A stretch of 64,000 bases of DNA, taken from the NCBI GenBank assembly GCA_963838835.1, contig CAWITA010000034.1, positions 3,980 through 67,979 of the forward strand. The letters are read 5' to 3'. Under the pieces are notes generated by a model, which ran no database searches, was not told where the DNA came from, and was given only the letters and a program-made list of their open reading frames with translations. A program made the translations under genes and the position numbers. Numbering within the stretch: the stretch's first letter is position 1; every line of letters starts with the position of its first letter. This DNA is from an uncultured Acidimicrobiaceae bacterium. Its GTDB lineage: Bacteria > Actinomycetota > Acidimicrobiia > Acidimicrobiales > RAAP-2. Shown piece by piece: positions 1 through 8,143 of the stretch.

Positions 1-60
1 GGCTGCGCCGGCAGCTCCGGCTGCGCCGGCAGCTCCGGCTGCGCCGGCAGCTCCGGCTGC
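1..60 (+). repeat. 18-bp in-frame tandem repeat (GGCTGCGCCGGCAGCTCC x3 plus a degenerate copy) encoding the Ala-Pro linker of Kgd
   Basis: Three identical 18-mers start at base 1. In the kgd frame they translate as AAPAAP..., a typical flexible linker of E2-type domains. Confidence 0.85.
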
Positions 61-3000
61 GTCCGCCGCCGCCCCGGTTGCCGCTCGCACCACCCCGGCG
101 GTGAACGAAGAGGCCACTCCGCTGCGCGGGGCCGCCTCTCGGATCGTGGCCAACATGGAGGCCAGTTTGACCGTGCCCACCGCGACCAGCGTGCGCACCG
201 TCCCGGCCCGTCTCCTCGAGGTCAACCGGCTCATCCTCAACAACCAGTTGGCGCGGACGACCGGGGCCAAGGTCAGCTTCACGCACATCATCGGCTACGC
301 CGTCGTCCGCGCCCTGCATGACGTGCCGGCCCTCAATTCGGCCTTCGTGGCCGACGCCGACGGGACGGGCAAGCCCGGAGTCGTGCACCACAAGCACGTC
401 GGGCTCGGACTTGCCGTCGACCAGGAGAAGAGCGACGGCAGCCGCACCCTGCTCGTGCCGGTCATCAAGGACGCGGACACGCTGGACTTCCGCTCGTTCG
501 TGCTGGCCTACGAGGATCTCATCCGCAAGATCGCGACGAACAAGATCGCGCCCGACGACTTCGCCGGGGCCACCGTGTCGCTCACCAACCCCGGGACGCT
601 CGGCACCGTGCAGTCGGTGCCCCGCTTGATGCCGGGCCAGGGCGCCATCATCGGGGTCGGCGCGCTCGGCTACCCGGCCGGCTTCGAGGCGGCCGATCCG
701 CGGATCGTCGCCCAACTCGGCCTGGGCAAGGTGGTCACGCTCACCTCCACCTACGACCACCGCATTATCCAGGGGGCCGAGTCGGGCCTGTTCCTGGCCC
801 GGGTGGCCGCACTCTTGACCGGCACCGACGGCTTCTACGACGACTTGTTCGAGTCCATGGGCGTGCCCTACGAACCCGTGCGCTGGCGGGTGGACAACAA
901 CGCCACTGACGGCACCGAGGAGGGCGAGCACCTGCGCCTGATCAAGCAGGTGCACGTGGGGACGCTGATCAACATGTACCGGGTGCGCGGCCACCTCATC
1001 GCACACCTCGACCCGCTCGACGCCGAGCCGCCGCACATCCACCCCGAGCTCGACCCGCTGACCTACGGCCTCACCATCTGGGACCTGCCCCGCCAGTTCG
1101 TCGCCGACGGCCTGGCGGGGCGCGACGTCGCCACCCTCGACGAGATCCTCCATGTGTTGCGCGACGCCTACTGCCGGACCCTAGGCATCGAGTACATGCA
1201 CATCCAGGACCCCGAGCAGAAGCGTTGGATCCAGCAGCACGTCGAGGGCCAGCCGACCACGCTCAACCTCGAGGAGCAGCGCCACATCCTCGACCGTCTC
1301 AACGCGGCCGAGGTCTTCGAGCGGTTCCTCCACACGCGCTACGTGGGGCAGAAGCGGTTCGGCCTCGAGGGCTCCGAATCAGCCATCGTTCTGCTCGACG
1401 CGTTGCTGGACTCCGCGGCCGGCTCCGGCGTGGCCGAGGTCGTCATGGGAATGGCGCACCGCGGCCGGCTCAACGTGTTGGCCAACATCGTCGGGAAGTC
1501 CTACAGGGAGATCTTCGAAGAGTTCGAGGGCAACCTCGACCCCGAGTCGGTCCAGGGCTCGGGCGACGTGAAGTACCACAAGGGGGCCCGGGGCGTGTTC
1601 CACGGGAGCGCCGGCGAGGAGCTGCCGATCACCCTGGCCTCGAACCCGTCGCACCTTGAGGCGGTCGACCCCGTCGTCGAGGGCATGACGCGGGCGAAGC
1701 AGGACCGGCTCTCGCCACCCACCGACGGCACCCCCGCGGCGGCGGCGGAGGGTGCGTACGGCTTCCCCTGCATGTCCGTCCTCGTCCACGGCGACGCCGC
1801 CTTCGCCGGGCAGGGGGTCGTGGCCGAGACGCTCAACCTGTCCGGGCTGTCGGGCTACCGCACCGGCGGCACCGTGCACCTGGTGATCAACAACCAGCTG
1901 GGCTTCACCACGGCCCCGGCGTCCGCGCGCACGTCCGTGTACCCGACCGACGTAGCGAAGATGGTCCAGGCGCCCATCTTCCACGTGAACGGTGACGACC
2001 CCGAGGCCTGCGTGCGAGCGGCGCGGCTCGCCTTCGCCTTCCGGCAGACCTTCCACAAGGACGTCGTCATCGACCTGGTGGTCTACCGCAAGCACGGGCA
2101 CAACGAGGGTGACGACCCCAGCTACACCCAGCCGCTGATGTACCAGCGGATAGAGGCGAAGCGCTCTGTGCGCAAGCTCTACACCGAGACTCTGGTCCGC
2201 CGCGGCGACATCACCCTCGAAGAGGCCGAGGCCGCGCTCGACGACTTCAACGCCAAGTTGCAGGACGTGCTCGACGAGGTGCGCGCCGAGCCCTCGCTCG
2301 CCCCGACCGAGTTGCCGGCGCCGGAAGTCGGTCCCAAAGACGCCCTGTCCCCGGAGACCGGCGTGGCACCCGACGTCTTGCACGCGCTCTCGTCCGTCGT
2401 GCGCTCGGTGCCCGAGGGTTTCACCATCCACCCGAAGCTCGAGCGCCAGTTCGCCCAACGCGACGAGCTCGTCGCGAGCGGGGAGGTCGACTGGGCGTTG
2501 GCCGAGGCGCTCGCCATCGGCTCGCTGATGTACGAGGGCGTCAACGTGCGCCTCACCGGCCAGGACACCCGGCGCGGCACCTTCAGCCACCGCCACGCCG
2601 TCCTGGTTGACTACGCCAACGGCGAGGAGTACGTCCCGCTCTCGCATATTCGCGACGGGCTGCGGCGCATCGGGGCGGGATCGCTCGAGCCACCGGGGGA
2701 GATGGGCAACTTCACCGTGCGCGACTCGCTGCTCTCGGAATACGCCGCCCTCGGCTTCGAGTACGGGTATTCGGTCGAGGCTCCCGAGGCCCTGGTGGCA
2801 TGGGAGGCGCAGTTCGGCGACTTCGTCAACGGCGCCGAGATCATCATCGACAATTTCTTGGTCGCAGCAGAGGTCAAGTGGGGACAGCACGCGGGACTCG
2901 TCCTACTGCTGCCGCACGGGTACGAGGGTCAGGGCCCCGAGCACTCGTCGGCGCGGATCGAGCGGTTCCTCTCACTGGGCGCCCGCGGCAACATGCGGGT

Positions 3001-3562
3001 CACCGTGCCTTCGACCTCGGCCCAGTACTTCCACCTCCTACGCTCCCAGGCCGTGATCAGCCCGAAGCGTCCCCTCGTGGTGGTGACGCCCAAGTCCATG
3101 TTGCGGGCGCACGCGTCGCGTTCGCCGCTCGCGGAGCTCGAGGCCGGCTCGTTCCGGCACGTGATCGACGACGACTCCATTGAGAACCCCTCGACCGTCC
3201 GCCGCATCGTGCTGGCCAGCGGGAAGATCGGCCACGAGGCGCACCAGTACCGGGCCAACCTCGCGCCGGAGGAGGCGGCTCGGGTCGCCCTCGTCTGGGT
3301 AGAGCAGCTCTACCCTTGGCCCGAGCAGCTGCTTACCGGCATCTTCGAGCGCTACGACGAGGCGACGGAGGTGGTGTGGCTCCAGGAGGAGCCCGAGAAC
3401 ATGGGCGCCTGGTCCTTCGTCCACGCCCGGCTCCACGCGTGCCTGCCCACGCGCCTGCGGCTCCGCCACGTGAGCCGACCCGAGTCCTCCAGCCCTGCCA
3501 TCGGAAGTGCCGCCCTGCATCAGTTGGAGCAGGCTGATCTCTTGCGACGCGCCATTGGCTGA
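2..3562 (+). CDS. kgd: Multifunctional 2-oxoglutarate dehydrogenase/decarboxylase (fused E2o acyltransferase + E1o), 5' end outside the window
   Basis: The frame is open from the window edge and the Ala-Pro linker continues upstream of the track start at 101. E2 catalytic motif DHRIIQGAESG is present. E1o/TPP region motifs are GDAAFAGQGVV, HGHNEGDDPSYTQP and LPHGYEGQGPEHSSAR. The fused layout is the actinobacterial Kgd/OdhA type. Confidence 0.93.
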   Translation, partial: AAPAAPAAPAAPAAPAAPAASAAAPVAARTTPAVNEEATPLRGAASRIVANMEASLTVPTATSVRTVPARLLEVNRLILNNQLARTTGAKVSFTHIIGYAVVRALHDVPALNSAFVADADGTGKPGVVHHKHVGLGLAVDQEKSDGSRTLLVPVIKDADTLDFRSFVLAYEDLIRKIATNKIAPDDFAGATVSLTNPGTLGTVQSVPRLMPGQGAIIGVGALGYPAGFEAADPRIVAQLGLGKVVTLTSTYDHRIIQGAESGLFLARVAALLTGTDGFYDDLFESMGVPYEPVRWRVDNNATDGTEEGEHLRLIKQVHVGTLINMYRVRGHLIAHLDPLDAEPPHIHPELDPLTYGLTIWDLPRQFVADGLAGRDVATLDEILHVLRDAYCRTLGIEYMHIQDPEQKRWIQQHVEGQPTTLNLEEQRHILDRLNAAEVFERFLHTRYVGQKRFGLEGSESAIVLLDALLDSAAGSGVAEVVMGMAHRGRLNVLANIVGKSYREIFEEFEGNLDPESVQGSGDVKYHKGARGVFHGSAGEELPITLASNPSHLEAVDPVVEGMTRAKQDRLSPPTDGTPAAAAEGAYGFPCMSVLVHGDAAFAGQGVVAETLNLSGLSGYRTGGTVHLVINNQLGFTTAPASARTSVYPTDVAKMVQAPIFHVNGDDPEACVRAARLAFAFRQTFHKDVVIDLVVYRKHGHNEGDDPSYTQPLMYQRIEAKRSVRKLYTETLVRRGDITLEEAEAALDDFNAKLQDVLDEVRAEPSLAPTELPAPEVGPKDALSPETGVAPDVLHALSSVVRSVPEGFTIHPKLERQFAQRDELVASGEVDWALAEALAIGSLMYEGVNVRLTGQDTRRGTFSHRHAVLVDYANGEEYVPLSHIRDGLRRIGAGSLEPPGEMGNFTVRDSLLSEYAALGFEYGYSVEAPEALVAWEAQFGDFVNGAEIIIDNFLVAAEVKWGQHAGLVLLLPHGYEGQGPEHSSARIERFLSLGARGNMRVTVPSTSAQYFHLLRSQAVISPKRPLVVVTPKSMLRAHASRSPLAELEAGSFRHVIDDDSIENPSTVRRIVLASGKIGHEAHQYRANLAPEEAARVALVWVEQLYPWPEQLLTGIFERYDEATEVVWLQEEPENMGAWSFVHARLHACLPTRLRLRHVSRPESSSPAIGSAALHQLEQADLLRRAIG

Positions 3563-3575
3563 ACCGCATCACGTC

Positions 3576-4991
3576 GTGGTGGATGGGTCCAACCTGGCCA
3601 CCGAAGGACGAACCTCCCCCAGTCTGAAGCAGCTCGACGAGGCTGTCCGCGCGTACGCCGCGGAGGACCCGGGCTCGAGCATCATCGTGGTCGTCGACGC
3701 GACCTTCGAGCACCGGGTCTCCGAGGCCGAGCGCGACGAAGTGCGCGAGGCCATGCTTAATGGGGAAATCATCTCCCCGCCGGCGGGCGCCATCGGCCGG
3801 GGAGACGCGTTCGTGCTGCGGATCGCGGAGCGGACCGGCGCCATCGTGCTCTCCAACGACTCCTTCCAGGAGTTCCACGGGGAGCACCCTTGGCTCTTCG
3901 ACGATGGGCGGCTGATCGGCGGGAAGCCGGTCCCGGGCGTGGGATGGATCTTCACGCCCCGGCTGCCCATCCGGGGGCCGAAGAGCCGCGCCGCCACCGC
4001 GGAGGCCCAGGCGGCCAAGAAAGACCCCGAGTCGGCGCCGGCCAAAGCCGCGGAGCTGGCCCGGGCGGCCAAGAAGGCGGCGAAGAAGGCGACCAAGGCC
4101 AAGAAGGCGGCGAGGGTCAAGGCGCCCTCCGTCGACACGTCCTGGCCGATCACACCCGCCACGCCGCCGCCGGGTCGGGCCAAGGTCGATCCTGTGTTCT
4201 CCAGCGCCATCGACGAGGCCGTCGAGGAGGCACTGCACCCTCCGAAGGCCCAGAAGTCGAGGGACTCGGCCAAGAAACAGGCGCCCAAGAAGGCGGCACC
4301 GCAGAAGAGCGCCAAGGCCAAGAAGGACGCCCCGGCGGGGACGCAGGCGGAGGTCAACACCCACGACAAGGCTGAGCAACGGAGCGCTTCACAGGGTGGC
4401 GGCGCCAAGCCGAAGGGTTCGACCCCGCCGCCGGCGGTGAACGAGCCGCTGGCCTTCATCAACTTCGTGGCCGCCTTCCCGGTCGGGAGCATCGTCGAAG
4501 GTGAGGTGGTCTCGTTCACGTCGCACGGCGCCATGGTCGACGTGTCCATGCCCGGCGGGGGAGTGCTGCACTGCTACATCCCGCTGACCGCCATGGGCAC
4601 CCCGCCCCCGACGAAAGCGCGGCAGGTGCTCAAGAAGGGTGAGATGCGTCCCTTCGTCCTCGCCGGCTTGGATCCGCCGCGTCGGGTGGCCGAGTTGGCC
4701 GTCCCGACGCTCCCGGTGCGTGCGAAGGAGCGCGCCGACACCGAGTCGGCGCCGGCCGCGAAGAGGGCCACGACCACGAAGAGCGCGGCACCGGCGAAGA
4801 AGGCCACGGCGAAGAAGGCCACGGCGAAGAAGGCCACGGCGAAGAAGGCTTCGGGGAAGAAGGCAGCGGCGCCGGCGAAGAAGGCGAGCAAGAAGGCGAC
4901 CGCACCGGCCAAGAAGGCAGCCGCGACGAAAGCAACGAAGGCCAAGAAGGCGCAGGCGACCAAGAAGACTGCCAAAGGGCGGGCCCGATGA
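3576..4991 (+). CDS. NYN/PIN-like nuclease domain + S1/OB RNA-binding domain protein with Lys/Ala-rich histone-H1-like tracts
   Basis: The N-terminus (VVVDGSNLA...GDAFVLRIAER...VLSNDSFQEF) resembles the Zc3h12a/NYN fold. An S1-like segment is VGSIVEGEVVSFTSHGAMVDV. Two AKKA/PAKKA tracts are present. The start is placed at GTG 3576, just after the kgd stop; the track start at 3507 would overlap kgd. Confidence 0.7.
   Translation: MVDGSNLATEGRTSPSLKQLDEAVRAYAAEDPGSSIIVVVDATFEHRVSEAERDEVREAMLNGEIISPPAGAIGRGDAFVLRIAERTGAIVLSNDSFQEFHGEHPWLFDDGRLIGGKPVPGVGWIFTPRLPIRGPKSRAATAEAQAAKKDPESAPAKAAELARAAKKAAKKATKAKKAARVKAPSVDTSWPITPATPPPGRAKVDPVFSSAIDEAVEEALHPPKAQKSRDSAKKQAPKKAAPQKSAKAKKDAPAGTQAEVNTHDKAEQRSASQGGGAKPKGSTPPPAVNEPLAFINFVAAFPVGSIVEGEVVSFTSHGAMVDVSMPGGGVLHCYIPLTAMGTPPPTKARQVLKKGEMRPFVLAGLDPPRRVAELAVPTLPVRAKERADTESAPAAKRATTTKSAAPAKKATAKKATAKKATAKKASGKKAAAPAKKASKKATAPAKKAAATKATKAKKAQATKKTAKGRAR
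4794..4868 (+). repeat. 15-bp in-frame tandem repeat (GCGAAGAAGGCCACG x3 plus 2 degenerate copies) encoding AKKAT repeats
   Basis: Read directly from the sequence. It encodes ...AKKATAKKATAKKATAKKASGKKAA... in the C-terminal tail of the NYN/S1 protein. Confidence 0.85.
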
Positions 4992-5007
4992 AGACCGGTG
5001 CGCTCTC

Positions 5008-5445
5008 GTGACCGCGCTGCCTCAGCCGGCCGACGTGCTGCCGCACCGACCACCGTTCCTCTTCGTCACGGAACTGAGCGCGGTCGAACCCGGGGTCTCG
5101 GCGCGAGGCCATTGGCAGCTCACGGGTGATGAGGACTTCTTCGCCGGGCACTTTCCGGGTCGTCCGACGCTCCCCGGAGTCTTGATGGTGGAGTCGCTCG
5201 CGCAACTCGGTGGCATCGCGGTTCTGCTCGATCCGCGCTATGCGGGCAGGCTCCCCCTGTTCGGGGGGATCGAGCGCGCCCGTTTCCGTCGCCAGGTCGT
5301 CCCGGGGGAGCGGCTCGAGCTCGAGGTCACCATGGACCGCCTCTCCGCCCGGGCCGGGAAGGGCCATGGGACCGCTTCAGTGGGGGAGCACACCGCCTGC
5401 GAGGCGGAGCTGCTGTTCGTCATCGTCGACGGAGGAACGAGCTGA
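5008..5445 (+). CDS. fabZ: 3-hydroxyacyl-ACP dehydratase
   Basis: Hot-dog fold signature FFAGHFPGRPTLPGVLMVESLAQ. GTG start at 5008; the upstream part of the track ORF is Arg/Pro-rich read-through. The stop overlaps the xthA ATG (TGATG). Confidence 0.88.
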   Translation: MTALPQPADVLPHRPPFLFVTELSAVEPGVSARGHWQLTGDEDFFAGHFPGRPTLPGVLMVESLAQLGGIAVLLDPRYAGRLPLFGGIERARFRRQVVPGERLELEVTMDRLSARAGKGHGTASVGEHTACEAELLFVIVDGGTS

Positions 5446-6212
5446 TGCGCCTGGCTACCTGGAACGTAAACTCCCTCACCGCCCGCATGCCCCGGGTGAC
5501 CGACTGGGTCGAGTCGCAACAGCCCGACGTGCTCTGCATGCAAGAGACCAAGCAGGCCGACGACAAGTTTCCCGAGAAGGCGTTCGCAGAGCTCGGCTAC
5601 GAGTCCGCCCACTACGGCGACGGTCGCTGGAACGGCGTGGCCATCATCAGCAGGGTCGGGCTCGCGAGCATCACCCGCGGCTTCGGCACGTCAGACGACG
5701 ACCACGGCCGTCGCATCGTGTCAGCCGTGTGTGGCGGCACCCGCGTGTTCTCGGTCTACGTCCCCAACGGCCGCGCACTCGACAACGAGTTCTACGCCGT
5801 GAAGCTGGCGTGGTTGGCCCGCCTGCGGTCCACCCTCGACCAGATGTGCCCGCCCGGTTCCTCGGTTGCGGTGTGTGGCGACTTCAACGTGGCGCCCGAC
5901 GATGGCGACGTGTGGGACCCGGCTGCTTTCGTCGGCGCGACGCATGTGAGCGAGCCTGAGCGTGCAGCTCTACTTGAGGTTGAGGGTTGGGGCCTCGACG
6001 ACGTCTTCCGGCACTTCAACGACCCCGGCACCTTCACGTGGTGGGACTACCGGGCGGGGGACTTCCACGAGGGTCGTGGCCTGCGCATCGATCTGGTCTT
6101 GGTGAGCCACGACCTGACCGCCCGCGCCACCGGCGCTTTTCGCGACCGGGACGCCCGCAAGGGTCAGAAGCCTTCCGACCACGCGCCCGTCGTGGTGGAC
6201 TTCGCCGACTGA
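5445..6212 (+). CDS. xthA: Exodeoxyribonuclease III (AP endonuclease)
   Basis: MRLATWNVNSL...DVLCMQETK...GDFNVAPDD...SDHAPVVVDF, the canonical EEP/ExoIII motifs over full length (255 aa). Confidence 0.93.
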   Translation: MRLATWNVNSLTARMPRVTDWVESQQPDVLCMQETKQADDKFPEKAFAELGYESAHYGDGRWNGVAIISRVGLASITRGFGTSDDDHGRRIVSAVCGGTRVFSVYVPNGRALDNEFYAVKLAWLARLRSTLDQMCPPGSSVAVCGDFNVAPDDGDVWDPAAFVGATHVSEPERAALLEVEGWGLDDVFRHFNDPGTFTWWDYRAGDFHEGRGLRIDLVLVSHDLTARATGAFRDRDARKGQKPSDHAPVVVDFAD

Positions 6213-6498
6213 GCAACCTCGGCTCGATTTCGTGCGCTGGCGACGACAACGAGGATGAATTGATCAGAAGTTGAGCAGTGCGGAACGGGTCGGATGCACA
6301 CACCAATGCGGTGGTTCGTGCCCCAAGAAGCGCTCGGATATCACGGTTGGGCTGGACTTTTTCGCTGACCCGACGCGCGCCGTGGGCTCAGCGTGTCATG
6401 GTCGTCGAGTCTCCTCCCCACAGCACAACGCCTTCTCTCAACAGGGACTTTGCGGATAAGTTAACTACGTCACTGTTGGACGAGGTCCGGCCGTGGCG

Positions 6499-6562
6499 GG
6501 CGGAGGCGGTCCGCTCACAGGAGCGTGAATCTTGGCGAAGTGGCGAATTGGCGCAGCTGCAC
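6499..6562 (+). promoter_or_regulatory. Conserved 64-nt element upstream of pilin-like gene A1 (paralog at 17319-17382)
   Basis: A gap-free hand alignment to 17319-17382 gives 52/64 identical positions. It contains a 5-bp stem hairpin (6512-6525, CGCTC-ACAG-GAGCG). The three stem substitutions in the paralog all become G-U pairs. Confidence 0.45.
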
Positions 6563-6615
6563 ATTCCGGCAGCGATCAACGGGTGTTGCCGCGCGCCTGT
6601 GCGACAGCGGGGCGT

Positions 6616-8143
6616 GTGTCTCGTGCGCGCCGCCAGGCTGATCACACTGTACGGCGATCGAACGAATCGAACGCCGGATTCACGCTCATAGAACTGGTCA
6701 TCGTGACGGCGGTCCTGCCCATCGTCATCGGCGCCCTCGCGGTAGGCATCATCTCAGTCTTCTCGTTGCAGTCCAGCGTTTCGAATCGTCTGACCGATTC
6801 GGGTGACGCGGCAGGTGATCTCCATCGACTTCGACAGGGACGTCCAGAGCGCGATCTTGCTGACGACAAGCAGCAATCCACCAAGTCCAGGTCAATGTGG
6901 GACGGGTTTTGCGATCTTGGGACTGCAGCTCGGAAATTCCACAGAAGTCACCTACGCCGCAGCACAAAACGGAAACTCCTACACCCTGTCGAGAAACCTC
7001 TGCACAGTAAGCGGCGGGGCCACCACCCTCCAGAGTTCAGTCGTGGTCGGACGGGACCTGCCGGCATCCATACTCAGTGCGACTCCTCCGACCACCAGCA
7101 ACGTGGCGACATTTCCGGTGTCAATCCCGCAGTGTCTACAGACTCCTACTCCACAGATAGCCGCCTGCGACGCCATCGGACCCAGTTTCGCCTATCAGAC
7201 GAATTGGGTCAGCGCTCTCGGCATCACGGCAGTCAATTTCAGTACCGGACCGAACGGGGAACCCGGGAGCAAGTACTCGTACCAACTCACAGCGGTCCCG
7301 AATGCGGCCGTTGGCACGGCGAGTCCGCCACCGCTGACACCAGGCGTTGGAGGTGGCTTCGCCGTACCCGGCACCGGCACATACTCGAAGACCCTTTTCT
7401 TCGTGAGTTTCGCCAACTGGAACACGCAGACCAAGGCGAGTGGCGTCAGTTGTACCGGGACGGCGCTGCCCGTGGCGGCACCGATCGCCAACAGCCCCGA
7501 CACCCTGTCCTTTTGCCTGAACGTCAGCGCAACCGGAAGCAATGGTAAGACAATCACGGGTGTTACATCGGGGCCAGGGACAGCCTGCGGCGTGGCGGCC
7601 AATGTCGGCTACAACGACATCGCCGCGGTGGCGTTGCCCACCTACACCTGCCCCCCGGGCAGCGAGGCTTTTCTTGGCAACAACGGTTTCTACACCGGCG
7701 TACAGGGCGACCCCGCTCTCTACACACAGGCAGAGGGGTCGACCGCTGTCCTGACGTTCACGAACATCCAAGTTGTGAGCGCAGCCGGCCTGCCGGCCAC
7801 CGGCTGGAACCTGGTGACCGGCGACGCGGAGTCGACCGACGGCGGTGAAAGTTTGACATGGCAGTCTACTCCCTCATCGTCGGTCTTCACCCTGATTCCG
7901 AACAGCGTGAATTCCTCCACGGGCGCGGTCATCTCGGACATTGGCAACGCCTGTAACGGAGCGCCGCCCACGAACCTGGGAACGCTGACCGGACTTGGTA
8001 CGACGAAGGTCGAGTGCACCGCGTCCTACTCCCGGGACAAGACGGGCACGCCCATGCTCGAGGTAACAACACCTCAATCGCTGACCATGACCCTGGTGGG
8101 CACCGGCCTTCAGGCCGTCTTCCTCGGGATCCTCCTGTCATGA
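6616..8143 (+). CDS. Prepilin-type protein A1 (about 508 aa), frame broken by one extra G at 6811
   Basis: Class III signal ...SNAG|FTLIELVIVTAVLPIVIGALAV with Glu5. Tracks 6532..7548 (frame 1) and 6803..8143 (frame 2) join exactly if G6811 is removed: GAC GCG [G] CAG GTG gives ...DSGDAQVISIDF, matching paralog A2 ...DSADAQVVSVNY. The start at GTG 6616 is inferred from the A2 ATG position. Confidence 0.8.

Noticed and set aside
1-60. 18-bp repeat at the window start as something unusual.
   Set aside because: It encodes the Ala-Pro-rich inter-domain linker that is normal for E2-type and Kgd proteins. It is kept as a feature but is not a finding.
1379-2890. Long antisense or out-of-frame track ORFs. 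Examples: 1379..2890(-), 3333..4379(-), 9421..11310(-), 12490..14427(-), 20627..21970(-), 23810..26218(-), 36001..37926(-), 41247..43406(+), 43708..45462(+), 51042..51995(-), 57774..59264(-).
   Set aside because: All are Arg/Gly/Pro/His-rich with no recognisable motifs. They lie opposite to, or offset from, genes with clear family signatures. They are typical shadow ORFs of ~70% GC DNA, where stop codons are rare.
6459-6466. AT-rich palindromes upstream of each cassette as candidate operators or promoters: AGTTAACT at 6459-6466, and TGTTCA-N5-TGAACA at 17162-17178.
   Set aside because: The two palindromes are unrelated to each other and sit outside the block conserved between the cassettes. 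With no -35/-10 pair I trust, they stay as observations only.
6531-6562. Possible sigma-54 type -24/-12 promoter (TGGC...TGC strings) within the conserved leader.
   Set aside because: The spacing between the GG and GC elements does not fit TGGCAC-N5-TTGC in either copy. Actinobacteria also generally lack sigma-54.
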